A stretch of 64,000 nt of DNA from Octopus vulgaris (Eukaryota): assembly GCA_951406725.2 (NCBI GenBank), contig OX597832.1, positions 8,432,001 to 8,496,000 on the forward strand, written 5' to 3'. Made by a program: the position numbers and the translations under genes. The notes under the pieces are model-generated. The model had not been told where the DNA came from. It searched no databases and saw only the letters and a program-made list of their open reading frames with translations. Positions 12,483 through 27,440 of this stretch are shown here, in pieces. How positions within the stretch are numbered: position 1 is the first letter of the stretch; the number at the start of each line of letters is the position of its first letter.

Positions 12483-12909
12483 CATTTTCATACACCATTA
12501 TAGAGATGGAGATGCATCCTCGTCTTCTCAGTAAACATATCTTTTTTCACCACACACAAACATTCAAGAGGGCTAGACATGATCTTAATGCTAGACACTC
12601 GTACACACTCCTATGTGCAAACACACACACACACACACACATACACACGCAAGCACACACACATCACCACACATACGCGAGCACGTGTATTTCTGTACAT
12701 ATATGTGCGTCTAGTGTGTGAGTGTACAAAATATGTTTTAGTTTATTGCGAATTTTTCCTCGATTTTATTTACCAATATTTTTCATGAGTGGCATTTCTT
12801 TTTTTCTCACATTCTTTCGTCTTCCGGAAATTCTCTGAATCTCAGAAAAAATATTATAATAGTACTAAGTAAAAGAAAAAGCAAATGAAATGTCCGATGT
12901 ATGTTTTAT

Positions 12910-13430
12910 CAGCACCAACAATATCATCATCATCATCAACATCATCATCATTATATTTGTTGTTGTTGTCATCGTTGTTATATTGTTGGTAGAAATTATA
13001 ATAATTTTTTTCGTAATGAATAATATACATGATACCTAGGAGGCATCATTATAATTCTTGTCACCGCCACCGTAATCATTCCCCTGCACAATATCATCAT
13101 TATCATCATCATCATCATCGTCATCATCACCATCACCAGCACTATCACCCACCACCACCACCACCACCACCATCATTCTACTCTACATTTCTTCTGCTCA
13201 CTAGCTTTATTATCTTCTCCTTTTCTTCCTTTTTCTCCGCGTCTTCATGTTCCTTCCTCCTCCTCATCATCAACATCGTCATGATCAACATCATCATATT
13301 CATCGTTATTTTCATTCTAAGCATCGCCGTCGACTTCTTCATCATCTATTCCTCTTTTTCATCATGTACGTCATTGTTATAATCATAATTATGATTATTG
13401 TTATAATCATAATTAAGATCATATTGCTTT
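12910..13430. repeat. Compound (CAT/CAC/CAA/TCT)n trinucleotide low-complexity region
   Basis: Directly visible; explains the His/Pro/Ile-rich ORFs. Confidence 0.9.
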
Positions 13431-14019
13431 TCTTTTTCACCGATGGAAGTTGTGCTCAAAGTGTGATAGATGTAACCACCAAATCCGCCATTTGATATCA
13501 TCGTTAATTTAAGCATCAGATATCTACAATTTTTTTCTCTTGGATGTAATAGTAACTACTGTTCAAGTAATTTATCCTTTGTTTTAATATATACATGATT
13601 ATGTTGCAATTTTTTTCAAATATATCCCATATATATCAAGGTTAGTTTTCGCGTGTATCTGTTATAAATTTATCAAATATACGATATCACTCACTTGTGA
13701 CGTTTCACTCACAAATAGGCTACTGATATATTGGGAGATGAAATATTGTCTGGCTGTGACAGGTATATGACAGCAACTAGATTGTAATTTTAATATGAAG
13801 GATGCTGGGATGGTGTCATGTATAGTGATATCAACGATATTATACGAAGTAAATAAATACCAAGACATTTGGTATACTGAGAATGTAAATTGTAATGCTA
13901 AAATATTTTCTTTATTGATGCTCAAAAAAATTTCGACATCAGATGTAATGTGCGGTGGGTTGTTATCTTGGCTGTCGGAATAAGAAGCTTGCTTTGCAAC
14001 CAGAACTAAGAGAACGATG

Positions 14020-14275
14020 AGGGGGAGAGGACGTGGAAGAGAAAACGCAGAGGAAGAAGAAAAGGAAAAGCGAAGACGTGGAAGCAGAAAAAGAAGACGT
14101 ACAAGATGGAGTCGTAGAAGGAGAAGACGAAGGCGTTGAAGATGTAGGAGGAGGAGAAGAAAAAGACGAGGTAGACCTGGAAGAAGAAGGAGACGTAGAA
14201 GAAGGAGACTTAGTAGTAGTAGAAGAAGAAGAAGACGTGGAAGAAGGAGACGTAGAAGTAATAGTAATAGTAGTA

Positions 14276-14326
<51 letters not shown>

Positions 14327-14345
14327 TATGTGTGTGTGTGTGTGT
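14020..14345. repeat. Purine-rich (GAA/GGA/GAC)n grading into (GTA)n and (TG)n
   Basis: Directly visible; explains the poly-Leu/Thr/Glu ORFs. Confidence 0.9.
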
Positions 14346-16131
14346 GCATATATATACGTATAGATATACACGCACATATATAAAATACGGTTTAATTGAA
14401 ATACAGTTTCCCCAAAATTGTAATATCTAATATAACAAATATGAATGTCAGTGTGTCAGTGTGTCACACCTTTTCAACTTTCCTTCTAGAGGCCATCGCC
14501 CAATATATCATACCATTTTGGAATCTGGCTCTGTGAGTAAATTGAAAACATTCCGGTCCAAATCCGGACCTGCAATCCTGAAATTTTAGATTCCTATGTT
14601 TTCGTTACTGTGATTGTTTTGGCGATTTTCTTTTTTTACATAATTTTTAGGGACGAATATTATCATCATTTGGATATGACTCTGCAGGAAGCAACTGCTA
14701 CAGGTTCTCCAAAACAAGTCAGAGATCCGTTTGCAGATCTTCCCATTCGGAGTTAGTTGTTTAAAAGCTATATACTGGCTTGAAAGCCGCCTGATAGGAC
14801 AGCTTTTAAGGCAGCAGTAGAATAAATGCTAGCCTGAAAATGAAATTCGATGTCGATTTGTTCGGGGAAACACTCCAACGCATTGCCGCATTCCAGTGAC
14901 TAAAAGAAATATACGTATAAAATAATTAAAGAAGATGCTCTTATTGTATGGAAATTTTATGCGGCGAGGGAATGTTAAGAGTAACGTTCCTCTCTAATTA
15001 AACGGTAATCTGTGAGTCATACCTTAATACCATTGACAATTAAATTAGCTACTAAGAAAATCTCTATAAGAGGTGTAAAAAGTAAGATACTGAGAAAAAA
15101 TGTTTATCATCACTTCAACATGGTTGTTATGTAGGTTCCGACGTAACGACCATTTTAACTCCCTGAGGTCGCCTCCTCCAGCTGGTTATTCAATGCAATC
15201 TGCACTATATATATATATTGTAAATAGGGGAGCGAACCCCTACCATTTTCCAGCAACGGGACCACAAGGCAGTACAGTGGTTTGTACTTATCCTCGATGT
15301 TGGATACTCCTCCGCTAGAGATAGTAGTAATTCGCTCCAGCTCGTAATATGTAGAAATTAAGTGACAACCAGCTAATTAGCTAGTTAGAAAATCTCCATC
15401 AGAGATGAAAGCAATAACTATACTGAGAAGTAAATGTCATTGCCGCTTCAACATGCCTGTCCCTAGTTACAGTTATTGACAAATATATATATATAAATGT
15501 ACGTGATGTTCATATTTTCTCGAATCACCATTTAAGGATACGTCTTACTTAAATGTTGTCATATTCAATTAATACGGTAAAGTATTTGAAGTGGGAAGCC
15601 ATAGATTTTTTGATTTTTTGATTAAATCATTTAATATCACCAAATTTAATTATCACAAAATAAGATATCAGACTTAATAAAGAAGATTTTAACTTAGAAC
15701 ATTCCTCAAATCAATATAATTATTTTCATAGACAAATGACTTTCATTCATATATATCTATTCAACTCATACGAATTGTGGAAGGACGGAGAATGTTACTT
15801 TATATTAAAGGGCTACCCATTATAGTTTAGAACCATTTTGTGTAAAGTGAAGTTAGGCTGATATTGCTAGATATTTGAGTTGAGATTGAGAAAAAAAACA
15901 CCATTAGTACACTCGAACACATGTTTAACATACATTGCTTCAAACGAGAATGCATCTCTTAAAACAAACTTTCATACTAAATTGATATTATCTTTGTAAT
16001 ATCAGTTAAGCAATAATGCATTCGATTTGTAGCTCATGATATAGACACAAATATCTAATATTCTCTTTGGCATATTTATTATGATGTTGTATCCGTAACT
16101 CGAAAACATTACCACTATGATATTTTATTAT

Positions 16132-16386
16132 CTCTACTATAGACACAAAGCTTGAAATATTAAAGCAGGGATCCAGTTGATTACTTCGACTACAGTATGG
16201 AACTGATACTTATTTTATCATCTTCAAAATAATGAAATACAATTTCGACCTCGGCGGAATTTGAACTCAGAATGTAAAGCCGAAAGAAACATTTTACCCG
16301 CCGCAAGACATTTTACGCACCGCTAGATATTTTACCCGCCGCTAGATATTTTACCCGCTGCTAGACATTTTACAGTTCGTCGCTTT
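16132..16386 (-). mobile_element. Octopus-type SINE copy with an internal ~20-bp tandem repeat
   Basis: tcgacctcggcggaatttgaactcagaa is the reverse complement of the SINE core seen at 57645-57670. Four to five copies of a(c/t)attttacccgccgctag at 16289-16373. Confidence 0.7.
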
Positions 16387-17269
16387 AATTCTTAATATAA
16401 TATTATTTTATAACTATGTATGTTTCTAATATTTAATATTTGACAGATATTTTATTTTAAGCCTCTTTCAAATGTTTATATATTTGATAAATCATCTATA
16501 ATATTTATATCGTTTGTATTGTTTATTTTGGAAGTATTTCAGAAGTCAGGTTTAAGTTTAGTTCTAGTCTCAAAAATATGAATAAGAAGATGTGTGGATA
16601 CTTTGAGTGCTTATCTCTATGTCTTTATAATTCGTTAGTATTATACTTCCATTTAACACTAAGTTAATACCCCTATATAATCATAAATTCTCTTGCTTAG
16701 TCACAAACGACATTAACAGATATTAAGTTAGGATGTCATTAATAATGTTTTGGCTTAAGAAACCAAGACAAAATTGTATGGCGATAGAATTAGTCAGCGG
16801 TATTATCGCAAGTGTGGTAATCATTTCATTGGAATTTCATGTTATGTCATAGACAAAATCGGCAGTTAGTATCTTATGGACCCATTTTAGGTATATATAT
16901 ATTAATTCTTATTGTGATAGCAATGCCTTCATTAGTTCATTAATTTGAATCTTGATAATTATTCAATTATGAAAATAACGATCTTAAATTTCGTTTTCAA
17001 ATATAACATTGTTTTAAAATAATTTCTTCAAATTAGCCGTATGAATATGTCTGCTTGATAATGATATTATAATTTTAACATATAGTATTTTAATTGAAAA
17101 TACTGCTGTTACTACTATTACGTTTATTGTTACTATATGATAAACATCTGTTCATCCAGCCCTCTAAAACTAACTCAACTCATGCCCTCTGTTACCAAGC
17201 AAACTTTCAGATTAAAATATAAAACACTCCTTTTTTGAAGGAATGAAATTCGATTATCATTAGTATAAT

Positions 17270-17995
17270 AATGCTCAGGTTAAGAGCAGATTCAAATTAA
17301 AGATATCTTAGAAGCCAATAACTGAAAATATGAAACCCAAAGCTAAACTCTGGAAGATAGTATGGTTCGCTGTCCGCCTTTGTCTTTGAATATTAAGAGT
17401 AAAGTAGGTAGAACACTAATGGCATTAATAGATAAGCATTTCCTAATTAAATATAAATAGTTGAAATATTTTAAACTTTAAATGTTCCATGCTGCTGCTG
17501 CTGCTGCTTCAGTCATTTGCAGGTCATACCAAGCGCCCAGTTCCAATTTTCATACCAAATTCTAACTGTCGATATCATGAAACTTGCCCACATAACAAGG
17601 CATGCATGATGAGCTCTGTTGTTAATGAAACAGAAGTTACAGCATTGCTACAAAGTAAGGGACCCCGTCACCAAAATGAAAAAGCGAAAAATACTTTGGT
17701 GTATACGATGTTAATTTTTAAAAAAAGTATACGCACACGAGTATTTTCTCCGACATGTGGAAGGAGAAAAAGCTGCATCGTGTTATCTAGGCATGGGTGA
17801 GAATTGAATGCCAGCTCTAAACCACACACCATCATGTGGAGTTTCGAGAAGAGTCCCAAGACATAAAATGATTGATCGTCAAAATGCAGTTTACATTTAC
17901 TTATAAACTTTTTAGATCTGAAATATCTACGGTTCTACTAAATTAGATGTGAAATGTTGCTTAAATGTAAGCATATGGGCAAATTTCTTTTGTTG
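17270..17995 (+). pseudogene. Decayed PLE C-terminal region (thumb, Cys linker, GIY-YIG)
   Basis: KIVWF..PPLSLNIKSKVGRTLMALIDKHF, SNCRYHETCPHNKACMMSSVV, LSRHG*EL, KCSLHL and LN*..EMLLKCKHMGKF are collinear with the 8298 ORF. Confidence 0.75.
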
Positions 17996-18434
17996 AACTG
18001 GAGGAAACCACTCGCTCCGGGTCAGGCATGCAGTCTCACAGACACTGCCATCATTTACGTAGAATTAATTTACACTAATCATATCAATTCTGATTTGAAG
18101 AGACATAAAGACGTGACTTAATATTCTTTTCTCATTTTCTTTTATTTCGTTTTCTTATTCCAGTATATTTGCAGTTTTGTTTTTATTTTGAAAAAGACCA
18201 GACATGTCGTATTTCCGAGTCGGAAAACAAATTACTTGGAATTACAAGGCATACTCTATAACCTTGTCAGTTTATTGTGTTTAAAGAGCATGAAATTAAT
18301 AATAGCTCGCGTCTAAAATCTGTGTTCAGTAAACGATATATATTTCACACTGGATGGAATGCACTTTTTGTTCATCACACACATTCCGAATAGCAAATCT
18401 CACAAACACACACGCACACACACACATACACACA

Positions 18435-18491
<57 letters not shown>

Positions 18492-18746
18492 ACATACACA
18501 CACACAAACACACACACATACTTGTAGTATATGTGTGTGTATTTGTGCGCGTCTTTCTAATACCTCAAATACAGTCAATCAGGACTGAAATCAAAAGACT
18601 AGAAACTTCATAATTCTTATATTCCATACCATTCTCTGAAAGATCCTGTATATTGCCTCCCATACTTCTGCAATATCCTTTGCATTGGGTTGAGGAGATT
18701 TTCGATTATAATATGTAGGACAATGTCACGAATTGCTTACATATAC

Positions 18747-18820
<74 letters not shown>

Positions 18821-21199
18821 CGTATATATACATATATATAGTTATGTATATATGTGTACACCTATATGCATGCATATAGATGCACACACAATACTTATAT
18901 ATATATACATACATACATACATACATACATACATACATACATACATACATGCATACATACATATATATATATATATATCCGTATACTTCGGTATCTGATA
19001 TGCAATTAGTAGTCGTAGTGATTACGTAATTCTTTGACAATTCCGATTCGGTATTTCATTTATGTGCTAAAGGAAATAGAGAATGACGGAAATGATATAC
19101 ATACAATAGATACAACAAGTGAGTTCCTCAGTTCAGCTCCTCGGTGTCTGCCAAAGATGGTGCGCATAATAGATTTTTGAAGTATATGTTAAAAAATACA
19201 ATAGGAATAACAATGGCCAATCATAATCACTATGCTGTATGGATTTTACAATTTTGTTGAAATATACTCTATGGGAGGCCATGAACTACAATATTGCCCA
19301 TTGTATCAACTATTGTTAAACTTGGAGTAATTAAAATATTTCTATAAATTGCTCATGGAACAATGCAATTGCCATGAGTACAACAATGCTATATTCTGCA
19401 TAGTTATGGATTATTACCTTTGAGTTGCCGTTTCTTTTTTGAATTTATAATTGCTTGTTGCCATTAATAAAGACGCCTGGTATACGCTAGATCCGCTAGA
19501 AATAAGAGCAATCTTTACCGGAAACCGGACTTCCAATATATTTTTTTCTTTTATTAAAGCATAAAGTTTGTCGTATGCAATGTCTTAATAACAATAGATG
19601 TCTGTAAGTGTAATAGACTTCATAGTAGTGTTTTATTATTAAGTCTTAATTAGGAATAAATGGCAACGACTGCTTTGTAAGACAGTTTCTCATACATTGT
19701 TTATTCTGCTTGAAAGTAAAGCAAATTTCACATATAGCGACACATTAAGTTTTCAAGAAATGAAAGGCGCCAATGTTGTTATGCAATAAGGAAAGATAAT
19801 TACGGATAAAATGGTTTATTATAGATCGTTTCAGTGAGAGTTGAAATTTAAGCTATACACTATCTCATTCTATTTCCTTTGCTTGCCTTTATGGTTACAG
19901 TTTTTACAAAAGATCTGTTTTATCACCACTCATCATATTGCTTCTACATTTTACTATGTAACACTTATAGACTTATAGGCTGAACGGTCTACATTTATTC
20001 ATATTTCACACGAGTTCTGCTGCCCTTGGTGGCGGTAGTTGTTCGCTTCTTGCTAGATTTTGCAAATATTTAAAGCCGCAACGGATTATTCCAACACTCT
20101 CCGTGGTTTACTCTATAACGTCCTGATTTTCTTTTCTGGCAATCTTTATATTTTGTTAGCGTAACTTAGTTCCTCATCCCCGGATCGAAGTAATATACTT
20201 ATTAGTATTCCTTCCTTATTGAGGTTTATTCTCTGATCACCATTAACACTCATAGGTGGAGCTTTGCGGTCTTACTATACCGGCTGACATAGCTGATATT
20301 TTGGCAAACACTGAATGATGTTCATACGCATTTACCACATCATATCAAACTTTCGACGTGGGCGCGTCATATGAAAGGAACAGCCGTTGTCATACTAGAG
20401 GTGCAATGAGTCAACATGTCGATGTAGCTGATAATTGTCGTGTAACTAAACATGGCATAAGCCAAATGGTTAATTTGTTTATTACCACAGATCTTCACAG
20501 TGATGTTGCAGTTATTCCTAACGGATGGGATGAAATTCCTTTTAATTGTTTGATTTACCACTTGAAATCTCTCGGTAATTTTTGTGAACTGTCTTTTCTG
20601 TGATTAATTTTGAAGGTTGAATTGCATCCATGACAACGAAGCTGACTTTTCCCCAACGAGCTTAATATCTAGCCTTCTTTGGATTTATGAATTCCTTAGA
20701 ATTAAATCCTCAATGACGTCTTTGTACTGCGGAGGTATTAAGTTTTCCTCAAGCTTTGGTTTCCTAGACTACCTACACTCCTCATGTATTTAATAGTAAA
20801 GGCAAGGCAGCGACAAGCAGGATTTAGACATATATCCATGCATGTATACAAAAACAACACACATACACACAGAGACACAGACACAGCGATAGACACACAC
20901 ATACACACAGAGACACATACATACAGACACACACAGATATACACATACATATATATATTCATGTTTACAAGTGTGTATGAACGTGTGTGCGTGGATGTGG
21001 GCGTGCTCATACACGCATACATATATACATACTTATATGCATATATACTCCAGACGAATCTCTTATTACAACGCATTACAAGAAACGGGTCAAGTAGCCA
21101 TTATGAGACGCAGGAGCAAGAATAAAAGACAGTGAATTTCAGAAGATTCATAATGCTCTTTTCTCGTTGATTGTTTATGGATTTGTTCGACCCTCAGGT

Positions 21200-22150
21200 G
21201 AAACATGTCACGTTGGAAGTCAACATCAATAACAACCTTACAGTTTGTAGGGCACATACATGCATAATATAAAGCTAATGAACTTGAGGAGAAGTATGAA
21301 ATAGGAGACGATACAGGTTTCTCTCAAAATATTATTGGTAAAATCTATTTATCAGAACAACAGAACGAAAATAGAACCGCTTTACTGAGAAGATTGTACA
21401 TGTGCAGGTGGAATGGAAAGCATAAAACGACAGAAGAAATTGTTCATGTCAACAGCCTGTCATGGAGTGCCGACAGGTTTATGAGATCCCACTTTGATGG
21501 CTATATCTATGGAATTTCAAGAGATCCTCTCCAAGTACCTACAACGTACGACGCAGAAAACGTTGACAGACAACAAATGTAGGCTGTGCAACACCAAGCC
21601 TGAAGACATCAACCACACTATTACCATCTTTAAGAGATTGTCTTCCAGATTTATCCTCCCATGAATCACAATACAGTGGTTAGAGCGGTAAGGAACAAGA
21701 TAACGGGGGTAAAAATGAATACCTACAACCTGACGTATATCGAAACCAAAGAGTGAAAAGGATACTGGTTTAACTTGAAAATAAAAAGAGCCACCAAGTT
21801 AAAATACAAACGTCCAGATATCGTTGCGTGGGATGACAAGGATAAGATATGTTCTCTTGTGAAGATCAGCTGCCCCTGGACATGAATCGGTTAGCAACAG
21901 AGAAGAGAAATAGGACATAGATGGACCATTGATAAGGAGTTTGCAATTCTAGTACCCAAGATACAGTTTCAGTTTCATACCCATTATTATAGGAGAAACA
22001 GTATATATAACCATCCGTCTGGAGCTAAGTATGGCCGAAGTTGGAATATTGCTGGGGAGAATGCAAATCATTAATTAATAAGTTACAAACGATTACTATG
22101 TCTTGGAGCATAAAAAAGCTGCAAGACCTTTTTTAAATATAGAGGATCTA
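21200..22150 (+). pseudogene. Decayed 3' end of an R4/Dong-like (RLE) non-LTR retrotransposon
   Basis: SLSWSADRFMRSHFDGYIYGI, CRLC..*DINHTIT (CCHC remnant), KYKRPDIVAWDDKDKICSLVKISCP and FIPIIIGETV; collinear with 47900-48760. Confidence 0.75.
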
Positions 22151-22419
22151 TTGATTAAATCAAGATACTTCCATTCACACACTTGCCATCAAGTCGATGT
22201 TCAGAAGAGCCAGACGATGTCATAAAGTTGGAATTTATGGATGTTATAGTGCAGTTGACATGTGAGCAAATTATCCACAGTGAAAACCGAAATAGCAAGT
22301 ATTCATACGTTTTCTCAATCATTCCGTGTTTCTCTTAGTATCCCTCTTCGTCCCTTAAGAGATACACAGACAGACACAAACACACATACATACACATATG
22401 TATACATACATTTACATAC

Positions 22420-22488
<69 letters not shown>

Positions 22489-22871
22489 TATATACAAAGT
22501 TATAGAGTAGTTTCAATAGGACCTGACACAGTGTAGTTATAACTCGTAACTGAGGTGAATATGGAATAAATATAAACAAAATTAATTTGTATTATTGTGC
22601 ATATATTTTGGCATTGAATGGTTTCTCAACGACAATTGTCCACCTTATTCTTCCGATGTGAAATGTTTGTATATTACCTACAATTCCTTAATATGCACGC
22701 ATGTAGATAGACAATAGCTCAGACACTTGCATACACACTATTTTATATGTATGTATGCATGTATGCATGTATGTATGTATATGTGTATGTATATCTATAT
22801 GTAAGTATATGTATGTGTATATATTCATTTGCTTGTGCACACGAATACACACATATATATACACACACACA

Positions 22872-22944
<73 letters not shown>

Positions 22945-24035
22945 TCGTGTGTGTATATATTCATTTACTCGTGCACACACACTCATATACATTGTGCTTA
23001 TATATCTATGTGTATAAATACATTTATATGTAAACATGCACACGCTTGTATATATATACAAACATGCATACACACATGATATACATAAATATATATATAT
23101 ACATATATATCTGCATATATATACGTATACATATACATATATACAATACATGCCGCATATATACGCACCACAACCACAACACACACATAGAACACACTCA
23201 CATTTACACACATAAATTTATACACTATTTATACTTACATATATTATTTTCTGCCATTTAGGATATTGATATATTATTTATTTCCTCAGATATTTTTTTC
23301 TTCTCAGCCTTTGTTTTTGCTGTTAGTTGAATTCATTGGTCATTTTTTTTTCATACATTTTCTGCAATTGTTTGTTTATTTAGTTGTCTCTGCTATATTT
23401 CTTAGATTATATATGTGAGATAACGAATTATATTCACCGTTATTACTGTTATGCTTTAGTAAGACATACTAATACATATATTTAGACACTATAGAAATAA
23501 ATATATTTTACCTATCGTTCTGGCAGATCTCGTCTGCAAAACACTTCATAATCAATGTCTGATGTAACTAAATAAAAAGAAATATTTTGGTACACACACC
23601 ATCACAGAGAAGCAGAGCTCTTTCTTTCTGTCTTCCTCTCTCTATCTCCCTTGATATATATATGCATATATATATATAATATTTTGTATGTATACACATA
23701 CACATAGATAGATGCATATATACATGCATAGTTACTGTGTTTCATTGGCTTCATTGATTTACAACAGATATGATATATATATATATATAAATATATATAT
23801 ATATATCCTCAAGCATATATGAATGCGAATGTATGTATACTAGGAAAGTGTATCATACCCGCTCATACAAATATGATATTGCCATACACACAAAATCATA
23901 TCTACATATACATGTTTATAAATCCATGCACATAGCCTATACATACACGCATCATACATTCATACTTAGATAGACACACATAAATGCGTTTATATGTATA
24001 AGAATATATAGACATATGTATATGCAATTATGTAA

Positions 24036-24070
<35 letters not shown>

Positions 24071-24122
24071 TGTATATATATGTATATATATATATATATG
24101 TATATATGTAAATATGTATATG

Positions 24123-24223
<101 letters not shown>

Positions 24224-24736
24224 CTGTTTATGTGTGCGTCAATTTGTTTGTTTGTGTGTGTGTGTGCTTATACGAATTTATGCCTTTGAGGAAGTAAAAA
24301 TCTGAATTCCATTTTTCCTCATAAATCTCTATATTTCTGGAAAACCAAGATCGCGTGTTTTGATTCTTTTTTTTTTCCCGTGAATTCTATTCCCCTTCCA
24401 TTTTATTCTATTCATGTCCAGTTATTTTACATTTCTTTTGTATTGAAAATATAGGGACAATATAGAATCAGCATTCTGACATCTATTTATTTTTGACTTT
24501 GTATTCTATTGTCACCGTCTTTCTTTTCGTTTCCTTCTTTATTTCCTCTCTCTCTTTCTCTCTCTTTCTCTCTCTCTCACACACACACACTCACTGTACC
24601 TATATATAAGTGTAAATATGCATTTATACATATATATATATATATGTATAATACACATACATATACATACATACATACATATATATACATATATATATAT
24701 ATGAAATTATATATATATATAAATTTGCACACACAC

Positions 24737-24778
<42 letters not shown>

Positions 24779-25630
24779 GTGTGTGTGTGTATTTATGCAT
24801 GTATGTACGTATTTTAATTTTCTCCTTCACTTCTTTCTTAATCTATTCTACAATCTCCTGTAACGGTACGTTTTCAGCAAGGATATAGATTAGCATTCAA
24901 CAACCTCCATGTTTGCTAGTTTTGTCAAATATATGATCTGTCATTCTTGGTGCCAAGCTTGTACTCTTTAAACTATATCAGATCGATCTTTTTCTTTCTT
25001 TATGAATCAATATATAGAAACGTTGAGAAATATAGCATATTTGTGTGTTTGTTTATTTCACTGTTTGTTTGTTTTACTGTGTGTGATGTCTGTTTCCCTT
25101 CATTTTTATTTTTGTTATTTTATTCGTTTTAGTTGTTCTAGCTTTTTTTTCATTTGCTTTTTTGCTTTTGTTGTTGGTTGTCCTTTTCGTTTTTAAACTA
25201 GTGCCATAAATCTTAGAGCAGCATGCAAAAGTAAAACAGTTTAAGAAAATCTGCTTAAAAGAGTAGAAGGGTGTTGCGGGAAGTAGGAGAGAGAAATATA
25301 GAATTGACGGAGAGAATGAATGAATGAATGAGGGAAGGAAGGATGAAAATATATAAAGAAAGGAAGACAGAAACTGTGTGGGTGAAGAAGTTGGAACTTC
25401 TTTCTAACTTATTGAAAAGAGCGATAAAAACACATAACAAGTAAAAAGAAAAGCTTCGGATAAGGAACAGCGAGAACAAGAAAAATTTTATATAGCAATG
25501 CAATGACATTTTATTTTATCTATCACCGCGCAACGTCCATAATATAGATGCAAATCACTTCTGTCATGGGCAAAATGCCTTTAACAGAAAAATAAATCAG
25601 TGAATGATGAAACTTTTTTCTGATGTATAT

Positions 25631-25714
<84 letters not shown>

Positions 25715-25821
25715 GCATATATATATATATATATGTGTGTGTGTATATAAAGATATACATACACACAATATATATATACATATTTATATATATATATATA
25801 TACACACATATATATATATAT

Positions 25822-25885
<64 letters not shown>

Positions 25886-26049
25886 GTATATTAGACTCAT
25901 ACACTCGCAGACACCCCACCGCACATATACGTTCTGTTTTCAATAAGTTTTACTCTGAAAAGAGCAATTCAGATGTTAGATTTCTATACTGTGTTATCAA
26001 ATAGTCTAACACATTGCCAATGATGCCATGGTTATTACTAACCGTGGAT

Positions 26050-27440
26050 ATTCCTATATATATTCACGCCTTAGCAGCAGTTTACATTTTAGATTAGTTC
26101 AGTTTAATCGATGTTCTATCCGCACACGTTTTAGGTCATGCCCTGCTTAAATGTAACTAGTCTCTTTTTATATCTGAATATTATTATACATGTGCTTCTC
26201 ATATAAAGGCAACTCTCTGAGAAAGTCTGTATAGTTTTTATGCATACATTCTGGAGCAGCTATAAAAGCAATATGATAAACAACATTATCATGCCTGGAA
26301 CTTAAATTCTTCCAACTATTTCTCCTATAACAGCTTCAGCAGTACATCCGCATGTCAGGCTATCAAGGCTGTATATTTCCTGACCAAACTCTAATATTTT
26401 ATCGACAATTATCCAAATCTATCTAAGCCCTATCGATGTTAATCTGATTTATAGCAAAATCTATAACATGTAAGATGGTGTCTTGTGATATTTGGTAAGG
26501 TTCGATTACGACTTTCTTGGTGTGGAAGGCAATGCAGTAAAGTATTAATAATATACCAAATGTCAATTGAAGCAGACGCAATTCTATGAAAATTGAAACG
26601 GTTAAGTTTCTCCTTCAAAATACATCGTTTTATGCTTGCGTTGAAACTCTTTGCTCTCATATATGAGTAGCACTTTGTAATCGAATATTTTATGTAGCTT
26701 TTATAATTACAGATCTTTATAAAAAGTTAATGACCTGGCTATTGGACAATTGTTGTTTTATCGTTACTCTTGCTTATGAAACGTAGAATAATTGCACATC
26801 TTTCAGCTTCTCAGATAACACATCTGACATATCTTGTTCAAAGTCGTTATTCAAGCAACAAGTACAGAAACAGCAGCATTGTGTATTCTTCGGAGATGTC
26901 TATATCATGACAGTCGTATATCCTAAGCCATTTCTCAGTGTGGACTTCTTCCACTATTTCATTCATGGAAATCTCATCAAAGCAATCTATAGTATTTTTC
27001 GGGGTTTCTATGTCTCTACTATCCTTGTACTGGCAAGCATTTCGTTGCTATAAAAGCATTAGATTCGTGTGAACATAAATAATCTACACAAACCCGCTCT
27101 TTAAAACGTCACCCAACTGTTCTTCAAATTATACTCTATCTTCTAGGAAAATTGTTATATTTTATAGTTAGATCTACACAATCTCCAAGTGTAGGAAGGA
27201 CTAATCGTGATTGGATCATCGATTGTATATCTGCATGGTCACGGTTGTGCTGCGACAAATAGCTTCGATAAATTACAACTATAATTAATACAACACATGG
27301 GTCTGAGATTGTTGCATGTATGAACGTCTTGGGATAGTTGTATGTCTGAACTTTCAAATCTGAAAACATTTCACCCAAGTCAAAAGTATGTCGCCCCTCA
27401 TAGGCAATATGCGTGTGGCCTAAATTCTATTTAAAGTCGT
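26050..27440 (-). pseudogene. Possible highly decayed LINE (RTE-like) RT region
   Basis: Non-repetitive, A-rich minus strand with only weak resemblance to RT motifs (RPIxL-like near 27400-27420, GVRQGDTISPK-like near 26890-26930). No intact motif. Confidence 0.25.

Noticed and set aside
13662-14383. 237-aa Leu-rich ORF and acidic 116-aa ORF
   Set aside because: Both derive from the (GAA/GTA)n low-complexity tract; there is no domain or splice evidence.
16289-16373. Short regularly spaced repeats suggestive of CRISPR
   Set aside because: No unique spacers and no cas genes; eukaryotic SINE-internal tandem repeat.
20030-20720. Possible decayed retrotransposon coding sequence on the minus strand (INHLAYAM)
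   Set aside because: Only one short resemblance and no collinear motifs.
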